Shown here piece by piece: positions 36,801-46,508 of a stretch of DNA of 48,473 nucleotides. Source of the stretch: Prolixibacteraceae bacterium (lineage in GTDB: Bacteria > Bacteroidota > Bacteroidia > Bacteroidales > Prolixibacteraceae); NCBI GenBank assembly GCA_023251475.1, contig JAHEYS010000058.1:1-48473 (forward strand), given 5' to 3'. The notes under the pieces are model-generated. The model ran no database searches. It had not been told where the DNA came from and saw only the letters and a program-made list of their open reading frames with translations. Within the stretch, counting starts at the first letter, position 1. The number at the start of each line of letters is the position of its first letter. The translations under genes were made by a program, and so were the position numbers.

Positions 36801-37316
36801 GACGACCAAAAACGGATTGGAAATTCGAACCGCCCTAATTATACTGCAGGTTTAAACTATGGCGTTGACTATAATGGCTTTAGTTTTACAATGAACTGGA
36901 CTGGTGTAACAGCACGCAACTTACAACTCGGCGATTCTTTTTTGAAACCATTTAATAATGAAAGTCGTGGTTTATTCCTGTTTCAGGCAGATCAACTGTG
37001 GACACCCGAAACAGCCGAAACGGCAAAACTTCCTCGTGTCTCCACAATTAGCACAACTAATAATTACAGATTATCTGATTTATATGTTCGCGATGGATCT
37101 TATTTAAGACTTAAGAATTTGACCTTGGGTTACACCTTCACAGAACAGCCTGTATTAAAGCGACTTGGTATCACTACCTTAGGAATTACCCTGACAGGAT
37201 ATAACCTTCTTACATTCGATAATTTTAAGCTGACTGATCCGGAAGGTTCTCCCGATACAAATATTACCTACCCGATTATTAAGGTTTATAACTTAGGATT
37301 CAACATAACATTTTAA
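33840..37316 (+). CDS. susC: SusC/RagA-family TonB-dependent transporter with N-terminal STN signalling domain
   Basis: - STN domain: [28 protein letters not shown]
- CarboxypepD_reg-like domain: [23 protein letters not shown]
- TonB box/plug: [64 protein letters not shown]
- C-terminal ...NLGFNITF. Confidence 0.95.
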   Translation: [1158 protein letters not shown]

Positions 37317-37328
37317 TACGCTGTTATC

Positions 37329-39056
37329 ATGAAACAACTCATAAAATATACATTAGGTATATCTCTCCTCCTTATACTGTTTTCGGGGTGTGAAGATTTT
37401 AAACTTGGCGATGATTTCCTCGAAAAAAAAACAAGTACTGATGTAACACTTGATCAGGTTTATTCCAGTAAAGTGTATGCCGAAGAGGCCTTAGCTCAGG
37501 TTTATCGCTCACTTCCCATGGGGCTTATCGTAAATGGGCGAATATCATGGCGAATGCTTGAATCAATAACCGATTTAAATTGCAATGCCAAGGCTGGTGC
37601 CGCGTGGGATTACGGTGGAAGCGCTGATGCTTCCTTAGCTGCCGGCTCAATGCCCTATTCTTTCTATGACGACTCGAACAAGAGAGGGGCGATCAGCGGA
37701 ATCAGGAATGCCTATCTGTTCATCGAAAACGTGGATAAGGTGCCGGATATGACCCAATCAGAAAAAGATATTCGTAAAGCTGAAGCTAAAGTGATTATTG
37801 CCTACCATTGTTCCGATATGTACCGCTATTTTGGTGGAATGCCCTGGATAAGCCATTCCTATAAACCAGCAGATAACTTTGATACTGAACGATTAACTGC
37901 AGCAGCATATGCTGACAGTATAGCCACATTGTTAGATAAAGCTGCAGCTGTGCTGCCCTGGAGTGTAGCTCCGGAGGATGATGGGCGTATGACCAGGGCA
38001 GCTGCAATTGCACTCAAAATTCGTGTATTGTTGTTTTCTGCAAGTCCGTTATTTAATGCTGATCAACCTTATTTAGCAGGTGAGGCAGCCGACAAAAAAT
38101 ATGTTTGGCATGGAAAATATGACATGGCGTACTGGCAAAAGGCGCTGGATGCAGGGTTAGAATTTATTAATCAACAAAAACAAAATGGCGTTTACCAGTT
38201 GGTCAATACAGGGCAGCCAAGAGCTGATTTTCAGGCAGCCTATTTTAACCGTGGCAATAACGAAATTTTAATCTCATCGCGGTGGTTCACGACATGGACA
38301 ACCAGTATGTGGGAATTTGCCCAGATGAGATACGGTATGGCTTCTTCGACACTTAATCTCGTAGATATGTTCCCGATGGCTGATGGTACAGAATTTAGCT
38401 GGGATAATCCGGTTCATGCAGCCAATCCTTTCTTCAAAAATGGGATACCCGTGCGGGACACCCGTTTGTACGAAACCGTCATAATTAACGAAGATCAATA
38501 TGCAGGAAGAAAAGCGGAATGTTATGTTGGAGGAAGAGAATACACTAGTTTCGCGAGATTTACTGGTTTTTTGTGCCGTAAATTTTATCAGGATCAGGTA
38601 ACTAATAATGGCAAGTATTATGAATTCCCGTTATTACGTTTGCCCGAAGTGTATTTAAGTATTGCCGAAGCACTAAACGAGTTGGACAGGGGCGCCGAAG
38701 CGTATCCATATATTAATATGGTACGAACAAGAGCCGGAATGCCAGGATTAAAAGCAGGGTTGGATAAAGAAACATTTCGGAATGCTATCCTTCGCGAAAA
38801 TGTTTTGGAATATGCTTATGAGCAGGTACGGTTTTTTGATCTCAATCGCTGGAAAAGAAGCGATATATGGAAAACAACTGCTCATCTGACTGGTTTAGTG
38901 ATTACAAAAGTCGGTTCCAGCTTCACCTATGCGAAAATAGCTACACCAGATCCAAGGGTCTCCTACGAAAATTTTAACCCCCGTCTTTATCTTCAGCCAA
39001 TTCCAGTCGCTGAGATTAATAAGAAATATGGATTGATTCAAAACCCTGGTTGGTAA
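37329..39056 (+). CDS. susD: SusD/RagB-family outer-membrane lipoprotein
   Basis: Lipobox (LFSGC). SusD signatures: ALKIRVLLFSASPLFN, LRLPEVYLSIAEALNE, RENVLEYAYEQVRFFDLNRWKR, and C-terminal YGLIQNPGW. Confidence 0.95.
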   Translation: MKQLIKYTLGISLLLILFSGCEDFKLGDDFLEKKTSTDVTLDQVYSSKVYAEEALAQVYRSLPMGLIVNGRISWRMLESITDLNCNAKAGAAWDYGGSADASLAAGSMPYSFYDDSNKRGAISGIRNAYLFIENVDKVPDMTQSEKDIRKAEAKVIIAYHCSDMYRYFGGMPWISHSYKPADNFDTERLTAAAYADSIATLLDKAAAVLPWSVAPEDDGRMTRAAAIALKIRVLLFSASPLFNADQPYLAGEAADKKYVWHGKYDMAYWQKALDAGLEFINQQKQNGVYQLVNTGQPRADFQAAYFNRGNNEILISSRWFTTWTTSMWEFAQMRYGMASSTLNLVDMFPMADGTEFSWDNPVHAANPFFKNGIPVRDTRLYETVIINEDQYAGRKAECYVGGREYTSFARFTGFLCRKFYQDQVTNNGKYYEFPLLRLPEVYLSIAEALNELDRGAEAYPYINMVRTRAGMPGLKAGLDKETFRNAILRENVLEYAYEQVRFFDLNRWKRSDIWKTTAHLTGLVITKVGSSFTYAKIATPDPRVSYENFNPRLYLQPIPVAEINKKYGLIQNPGW

Positions 39057-39091
39057 TTTTCTATCTAATTAACAAGCGAATAAAGAGAAAT

Positions 39092-42007
39092 ATGAATAAA
39101 ATTATATACCTATTGTCATTTATCGTTGGGTTGACCTTAACGACAAATGCGCAGAAAAAAATATCCGGCAAAGTAACTGACCAGACTAGTCAACCCATCA
39201 GAGGTGCATTGATTCAGGAAGTTGGTTCATCATCAAACAATACGTTATCAAAAGAAGACGGCACATTTGTGCTTCAAACCATCAAAACCAATGTCATCGA
39301 CGTTGTAATTGCCGATGCAAAATGCAAACGAGTGAATGCAACCGGAGAAAGTGCGTTGATTATAGTCATGGATGAAGCTGATAAGATTGAAAACATGGGA
39401 AACGCCAGGGTCACACAATCAAGACAAACACAGGCGCTTACGACTATTACTTCTGATGAAATTCTAAAAAATTCGACGGTTAGTGTGTCTGATGCCATTA
39501 TGGGAGTTTTACCTGTGAATTTCCGCGGTCATAGTTCCCCGTTAGTTGTAGTCGACGGATTTCCCCGCGACTGGTCCTATCTGGCAAAAGAGGAAATTGA
39601 GTCTGTTACCGTGCTGAAAGATGCTTCGGCTACTGCACTTTGGGGATCGCGCGGCGCCAACGGAGTGATCTCTGTTGTCACCAAACGAGGGAGTTACGAC
39701 TCAAAAAAGATTAGCGTTAGTTATATTCATGGCATTGGACTTCCAACAAACATGCCGCAAATGGCTGATGCACTTTCGTATGTGAATGCCGTTAACGAGG
39801 CCCTGACCAATGATGGATTGCCTCTTCGTTACAGTCAGACGGATATTGCCAATTTTACTACCGGCACCGGGGATCCTGATCTGTACCCTAATGTGAACTG
39901 GTTAAAGGAAGGATTACGGGATTATACAGAGAAAAACCAGTTAAACATGGCCTTTCAGGGTGGTGGTAATCGGGTTCGATACTTTAGTTTAATCAATTAC
40001 AAGAACGATTTTGGCATTTTGAATCCAAAATACGCTGAATATGACGGTCGGTTTTCTACTCAAATGAGAAACTATGACCTTAATATACGTACTAATCTGG
40101 ATATAGACGCAACAAAAACTACACGCGTAAAATTTACATTGTTAGGGAAGCTGTCAGAAGGTAAAGGACCATATACCTCTGACGCAAATATTTTCAATAA
40201 TTTAGTTGGTGTTCCTTCTGCTGCTTTTCCAATATTGACCCAGAGCGGCGCCTGGGGCAGTAACAATATTTTTAAAACCAATCCGATCGCCAATATTGCC
40301 AGCACGGGTTATGACAGCAGTAACGGGCGAATGTTTCAGTCGGATATCAGAGTCATGCAAGATCTGTCGATGGTTGTAAAAAACCTGAGTGTTGAGGTTG
40401 CCGCTTCGTACGATAACAATGCAAGCTACGCTGAGAGTCAAAGTAAAACCTACGCTTACCAGGTAAATACACCGGTAATTGATCCCATTACAGGGGCTGT
40501 AACCAAGAATTCAATCATGCTGGGTAATGAAAGCGCCCTGGCCTATAGCAGTTCTCTTTCGAATCAGTTTATCACTTCAGGACTGGAAGCTAAATTTTTA
40601 TATGACAGGTCTTTCGGGGTAAATAATTTGATATCCAGTGTAATATACCGTCAGGAAACCGATATGCCTTCAGGAAGAAACAGCACCAGAAAAAGACAAT
40701 ACCTGGTTGGAACTGCCGGTTATGATTTCAACAACAGGTACATGGTTGATATGGTACTTAATTATTACGGAACAAGTCTTTTAAGTACAGGAGATAAATT
40801 TCGGACCTACCCCGCTATTTCAGCAGCCTGGGTCCTTTCCAATGAATCTTTCTTTACTTCCAAATCTTTGAATTTGCTTAAACTCCGGGCTTCATGGGGG
40901 AAATCAGGATATGATGGCAGCCTTCAATACGAGCTCGACAGACAGTATTGGATTAGCGGATCGGGATACACTTTTCAGGATGGAAATGTTTCGTTTGGCG
41001 GAACCAAGGAAGGTCCACTACCTGTTGGATATTTAACCCCTGAAGCCGGCGAAAAATCGAATCTCGGATTTGATTTGACAGCCTTTAAAAAACTTTCCGT
41101 TACCGGTGATGCCTTTTATGAAAGACGCAGCGATATTCTGGTTAGTGCCAACAATATTATATCTTCGGCAATAGGTATTGCTGTACCCAGTATTTGTGCC
41201 GGCATCAATGAAGTTAAAGGGTACGAAGTATCGGCTACCTGGAATGAGGATACCCGACCTTTTAAATATTACTTACAAGGTAATTTTTCTTTTGCCCAAA
41301 CAAAGATTATTGAGAATAATGAAGGCTATGTACCTTATGATTATCTTTCAAAAAAGGATAAAGCTGTGGGTCAATTCTATGGATTACAGGCTATTGGATA
41401 TTTTAACGACCTGGCAGATATCAATAACAGCCCCAAACAGAAGTTCTCGGATGTAAAACCCGGTGATATTAAATATAAAGATCAAAATAGCGACAGTAAG
41501 ATAGATCAGTATGATGTAATTGCCTCAGGATATTCAACTTCTCTTCCTGAAATTTATTATGGCATCAAATTAGGATTTGAATACAAGGGTTTTGGCGTTG
41601 ATGCACTGTTCCAGGGGATTTCAAATTACAGTCAGGTACTCAATACTGCAAGTGTTTATTGGCCTTTACGCAACAATACCAATATTTCAACCTGGTACCT
41701 GAACGATAATGTTCGATGGACTGAGGCCACAAAAGCTACTGCTAATCTCCCCAGATTATCTACACTCGAGAATGCCAATAATTTTCAGAACAGTACCCAA
41801 TGGCTTGTCGATGGATCGTATTTCAGCCTTCGAAACCTGAATGTCTTCTATAATCTTCCTAAATCTTTAACTAAAAAAATTAGAATAGACAATTGTCAGG
41901 TATATGCAAGGGCAAATAACCTTTTTACGACCTATCAATACACGAAATTTGTCGTTGGTAACCCCACTGTAACAAACATTTTTCTGGGTTTGAAGTTTAA
42001 CTTTTAA
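39092..42007 (+). CDS. susC: second, divergent SusC-like TonB-dependent transporter (no STN domain)
   Basis: Signal peptide ([21 protein letters not shown]). CarboxypepD_reg-like domain ([21 protein letters not shown]). The plug is [51 protein letters not shown]. The usual VVVGYGTQKK TonB-box block is replaced by [16 protein letters not shown], and the C-terminus is shortened (...FLGLKFNF). I prefer ATG 39092 over the ORF-track start at 39050. Confidence 0.85.
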   Translation: [971 protein letters not shown]

Positions 42008-42018
42008 AATAAAATAGG

Positions 42019-43680
42019 ATGTCTAAAAAATATATTACAGCCATTTGTCTGTTGTTGATCACGATGACAAGTTGCAATTATCTTGATTTTGATGAAGTTA
42101 CGGGGCAGTCAAAAGCCTATTCGTATGCATACTTTGATGAGTTAGCCAAAGATGTAACCCATATTTACGGACAGCTGCAGTCTGATTTTGGAGCTATCGG
42201 AGGCGCCATGCGTGATGCCGCTACTGACAATGCCGTTTATACCTGGCAAAACAACAACGTGTACGACATCTATAATAATACCTGGAGTAAGTTAAATACA
42301 GTCGATGATGTCTGGTCGACCTATTACAGCGCCATCCGTTCATCAAATGACTTTCTTGAAAATTACTCCCTCAAGGGTCTTGAAAGATTCAAAAATAATG
42401 CAACTTACAAGACCGATTCGGCTAAAGCTGTGGTTTATCCGCATGAGGTCAGGTTTCTGCGTGCCTATTTCTTTTTCGAATTGTCAAAAAGATATGGAGA
42501 TATCCCGTTACTTACCAGGACCTATACAATGGATGAAATCAATCAGGTTCAGAAATCATCCTATGATCAGGTAGTCGATTATATTGTAAAGGAGTGTGAT
42601 TCAATTGCTCCAAAATTGCCGGTAACTTATCGATCTTATTTTCTTGAAACCGGGCGGGCAACCAGAGGTGCGGCTATGGCGCTTAAATCGAGGGTGCTTT
42701 TATATGCCGCCAGCGCACTCCATAATCCGAACAATGATCCTGTTAAATGGGATCGTGCGGCCAAAGCCTCACTTGATCTCATTTTAAATGCAGAGGCCAA
42801 TGTTTGGTACAAGTTTGAGCCTGCGGTCAATTTATTTAGTAATGGCAATACCATGCTTACTGCCAAAGAGCTTATTTTTGAACGAAGGAATGGAAACAGT
42901 AATGATTTTGAGGCAAGAAATCTCCCTATTGGATTTGAAGGTGGGAACAGCGGGAATACCCCCACTCAAAATCTGGTTGATGCTTTCGAAATGAAAGACG
43001 GAACCCCTTTCGATTGGACGAACCCGGTTCATGCCGCAAATCCCTACCTCAACCGTGATCCACGATTTAGTAAGACGATTGCATATAATGGTTCGGTATT
43101 GATGACTAAAACGATTCAAACATTTGATGGCGGGTTGAATGGATATCCGACAAACGGAGCAACGCTGACGGGTTACTATCTGAAAAAATATATTGATCAA
43201 ACCGTTTCTTTGAGCGCTGTAAGTCCGGTTTCGAAACCACATCATTTTGTATTATTCCGGTATGCCGAAATAATGCTCAATTATGCCGAAGCTTTAAATG
43301 AGTGGAAGGGTCCTGATTTTAAAGATGCTACCTATACTTTATCCGCACGTGAAGCTTTAAACAAGGTGCGTGTTAATGCAACCATGCCGTTAATAGTTGG
43401 AGACAATTCACAGGATGCTTTCAGGATTCGTATCCGGAATGAACGACGCATTGAACTCGCCTTTGAAGATCATCGTTTCTGGGATATCCGCCGCTGGAAA
43501 ATAGGGAGTGTAGTGAAAAAAATATACGGTATAAAAATCACCCAAAATGGGAGTACCCTAACCTATAGTACTCAGGAATTACTTCCGGCCCGGGTTTGGG
43601 ATGATAAAATGTACCTCTATCCGATTCCTCAGTCTGAGGTATATATCAACGGTAACCTGAAACAAAACACTGGTTGGTAA
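42019..43680 (+). CDS. susD: second SusD/RagB-family outer-membrane lipoprotein
   Basis: Lipobox (TMTSC) followed by NYLDFDE. Signatures: ALKSRVLLYAASALHN, FRYAEIMLNYAEALNE, RNERRIELAFEDHRFWDIRRWK, and C-terminal LKQNTGW. Confidence 0.95.
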   Translation: MSKKYITAICLLLITMTSCNYLDFDEVTGQSKAYSYAYFDELAKDVTHIYGQLQSDFGAIGGAMRDAATDNAVYTWQNNNVYDIYNNTWSKLNTVDDVWSTYYSAIRSSNDFLENYSLKGLERFKNNATYKTDSAKAVVYPHEVRFLRAYFFFELSKRYGDIPLLTRTYTMDEINQVQKSSYDQVVDYIVKECDSIAPKLPVTYRSYFLETGRATRGAAMALKSRVLLYAASALHNPNNDPVKWDRAAKASLDLILNAEANVWYKFEPAVNLFSNGNTMLTAKELIFERRNGNSNDFEARNLPIGFEGGNSGNTPTQNLVDAFEMKDGTPFDWTNPVHAANPYLNRDPRFSKTIAYNGSVLMTKTIQTFDGGLNGYPTNGATLTGYYLKKYIDQTVSLSAVSPVSKPHHFVLFRYAEIMLNYAEALNEWKGPDFKDATYTLSAREALNKVRVNATMPLIVGDNSQDAFRIRIRNERRIELAFEDHRFWDIRRWKIGSVVKKIYGIKITQNGSTLTYSTQELLPARVWDDKMYLYPIPQSEVYINGNLKQNTGW

Positions 43681-43695
43681 TAAAACGCTATTTTT

Positions 43696-43749
43696 GAGTC
43701 CACTCTGAAAATTCTTTCCTTCTTTATTTTTACCTTTCAGAGTGGGCTC
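43696..43749 (+). terminator. long stem-loop after the second susD (15-bp stem with one mismatch, 24-nt loop)
   Basis: gagtccactctgaaa (43696-43710) pairs with tttcagagtgggctc (43735-43749). There is no clear T-run after the stem. Confidence 0.35.
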
Positions 43750-43881
43750 AAGTTAGTATTCGGATTTTATGATCAATGGTTAAATGATAGTCTGATCAGG
43801 TAAAAAGACCCGGTAAACTACAGATTATAGCCATAAATCTGGCCATATGGATCGGGGTAACAAATCAAAAGCAGAGCAATT

Positions 43882-44829
43882 ATGGATTCTTTTCAGGTAA
43901 TATATCGTCCATTTTTTACTGCTTGTCTGTGGATAATCAGCGTCGGTTGCTGTTGCCAGGGAGTGACACGCGGTAACGGACATCATCGTGCTTCAGGGAA
44001 TGAAGTTCGGCAATTGCAACTGCCACTGCAAGGTGTATATGAAAGCATAAGTGCAACAGACAATTACAAACCGCGCCTGGATCAGATAGCAGCAGGTGGA
44101 TTCAAGGTAGTACTCAACTATAGCCTGCCAGGGAAAGTCGGTGCAGCCATTGCACCCTTGCTGGCTTATGCCGACTATGCCAATTTAAAAGGACTAAGCG
44201 TGATTTGGGCAATGAAAAATCATCAATGGTGGGATGGAACATATAGTACTGATTCTATCACAAAACTTGTTAATATCCTAAAAAATCATCCGGCGACATG
44301 GGGATATTATGTGGCTGATGACGACCAAAATATGATCGCATCAAAGGTGATTTCCTACTCGAACATTATTCGTGCCGCCGATCCCAATCCGCGGCATCCC
44401 CGACTGACCGCCGAAAATACAGGTTTGTTTAATGACGGCACGATGCAATCCCTTGAGCCGGCCAACGATTATATCGCCTATTGGAGATACGGGATTGGCA
44501 AATACGCTACTTTGGAGGAGCTATTTGTAGCAGAAGATAATTCATACAACCTGATTTTTGAATGGGTAAAGACCACGAAAAAACCTTTCGTTTTAGTAAT
44601 GCAGGCAAATAATGTTGAAGCCTGTTATCCAAGATTGAAAAGTCGTTACAGTCACTGGCCCACCGCAAAGGAGATGACGGATCTGCGTAATCACATGCTT
44701 ACCATTGCTAAGGCAAAGGACATTTCGGTCCCACTGATCCTCTGGTATTCCTACTTTGATATTATGAGAGTAAACCCGGCTGCGTGGGATACGCTAAAAC
44801 AAGCCGCTTTTTCTCCACTGCCCTATTAA
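43882..44829 (+). CDS. hypothetical exported/lipo-protein with a (beta/alpha)8-barrel-like strand pattern
   Basis: 315-aa ORF. The N-terminal hydrophobic segment ends in VGCCC. The strand-end pattern is reminiscent of clan GH-A hydrolases (WGYYVADDD, DYIAYWRY, PFVLVMQANN, LILWYSYFD). No family could be assigned by eye. Confidence 0.45.
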   Translation: MDSFQVIYRPFFTACLWIISVGCCCQGVTRGNGHHRASGNEVRQLQLPLQGVYESISATDNYKPRLDQIAAGGFKVVLNYSLPGKVGAAIAPLLAYADYANLKGLSVIWAMKNHQWWDGTYSTDSITKLVNILKNHPATWGYYVADDDQNMIASKVISYSNIIRAADPNPRHPRLTAENTGLFNDGTMQSLEPANDYIAYWRYGIGKYATLEELFVAEDNSYNLIFEWVKTTKKPFVLVMQANNVEACYPRLKSRYSHWPTAKEMTDLRNHMLTIAKAKDISVPLILWYSYFDIMRVNPAAWDTLKQAAFSPLPY

Positions 44830-44944
44830 AAGATAGAATATTTCTTTGATTATCATTTATATAGGTGGATGATCATTTTAAAAAATAAATGGTTATTAAA
44901 AAATGGCATTTCTGATCCCGCTTTAAACCTTATTAAACAAAAAT

Positions 44945-46471
44945 ATGAGAAATCTTTTTTTGACAAGTATTTTTCTCCTCGCTTTAATTATTCAACTTTT
45001 TGCCCAGGAAAATACTTCAGAATTATTCAGGGCTTTTAAAGACCAATCAAAGCACTCTATACTTCCCGATTTTTCGTACGCGGGCTACCATTGCGGCGAA
45101 AAGGAGATTCCAACAATTACCAATGTTAAGATTTTCGATGTCACAGCTTTTGGAGCTGTCCCCAATGATACCTTATCGGACAAAGTCGCGATTCAAAAAG
45201 CAATTGATGCTGCCAATGAAAATGGTTCAGGAATCGTTTTCTTTCCCAAAGGGAGATTTTTGGTGAATGAAAAAAACGATAAACCCAATTGTATCGTATC
45301 CGGAAGCAGTAACATTATTCTCAGGGGAAGTGGCTCCGGCGCAAATGGCACTCAGCTTTTTATGAGAAATACCCTGCAACCCGAAGATCCAACCAAAATG
45401 TGGACCGTTCCTTACCTGTTCCAAATGAAAGGTTTGGGAGCTGATAAAAAAATCGGTAACGTATCGGCCAGTTCCGCGATTGGAAGCCTGTCCCTGACAT
45501 TAACTGCTACTGATGGTTTAAAAGAAAAGGACTGGCTTGCTTTAAAAATGGAAAGCAACGCACCCGAATTAATCAGTGAAGCGGTAGCCGGTCGTCTGAT
45601 TGACTCAACCTGGACATTTCTGCGCACAAAAGGGGTAATTATCCAGGTGTTTTATCAGGTTGTATCCATTACCGGAAATACAATTCATTTGAATGCGCCC
45701 ATTTCGTATCCGGTCGATCCAAAATACAATTGGGAAGTTTACAAGTTTACTCATAACGAAGAGGTTGGCGTAGAGGATTTGGCTTTTGTGGGAAACTGGA
45801 AATCGGCTTTTGTGCACCATCGTTCGTGGCAGGACGACAGTGGCTATTCGATGCTTCAATTCTCAGGTTGTACCAATTCGTGGTTGAGAAATTGCAGGTT
45901 TACCGATTGCAATGCGGGGGCAGTCACCAAAAGATGCGCAAATATGACGATTACCGACTGTGTGGTGGATGGCAACCCCGGACATAATGCGATCAGTGCC
46001 CATGGATCAACAAACATTCTTTTGTCCAGACTTACCGACAATGCCGGAATGTGGCACTCTTTTGGAGTAGCCGAACCTTCAATGAATACAGTTATCCGGA
46101 AATGCAAATATCCGAATAATACCTGTTTTGAATCACACTCCAGTCAGTCACGCAACACTCTGCTGGATGAGGTGGAAGGTGGATTACTTAACAACAGAGG
46201 GGGCGGTGCAAATTTCAATATGCCAAACCACCTCACCGGTTTGGTATTGTGGAATTATTCACAAACCAACGAAGCTTTGCCGGAATTTGAATTCTGGCCT
46301 GTTAAACCCTGGTACTGGAGAATTCCCAACCCGATTATTGTCGGATATATCAGCAAAGGTACGACATTCAAAAACGATCAGCTTGGGGCTTTGGAATCGC
46401 CGGGCAGGTTTGTAGCGCCTGCATCATTGTACCAGGCACAACTTCAACTTCGTATGCAAAAGAAAAACTAA
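44945..46471 (+). CDS. secreted right-handed beta-helix protein (pectate-lyase-superfamily / PF12708-like N-terminus)
   Basis: Signal peptide present. FDVTAFGAVPNDTLSDKVAIQKAIDAANENGSGIVFFPKGRFLV is the classic pectate_lyase_3 opening. Downstream are repetitive beta-helix coils (FSGCTNSWLRNCRFTDCNAGAVTKRCANMTITDCVVDGNPGHNAIS). Confidence 0.65.
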   Translation: MRNLFLTSIFLLALIIQLFAQENTSELFRAFKDQSKHSILPDFSYAGYHCGEKEIPTITNVKIFDVTAFGAVPNDTLSDKVAIQKAIDAANENGSGIVFFPKGRFLVNEKNDKPNCIVSGSSNIILRGSGSGANGTQLFMRNTLQPEDPTKMWTVPYLFQMKGLGADKKIGNVSASSAIGSLSLTLTATDGLKEKDWLALKMESNAPELISEAVAGRLIDSTWTFLRTKGVIIQVFYQVVSITGNTIHLNAPISYPVDPKYNWEVYKFTHNEEVGVEDLAFVGNWKSAFVHHRSWQDDSGYSMLQFSGCTNSWLRNCRFTDCNAGAVTKRCANMTITDCVVDGNPGHNAISAHGSTNILLSRLTDNAGMWHSFGVAEPSMNTVIRKCKYPNNTCFESHSSQSRNTLLDEVEGGLLNNRGGGANFNMPNHLTGLVLWNYSQTNEALPEFEFWPVKPWYWRIPNPIIVGYISKGTTFKNDQLGALESPGRFVAPASLYQAQLQLRMQKKN

Positions 46472-46508
46472 AAAAGTCATTAAACTACACCGTTCAATAT
46501 TTCAAATT

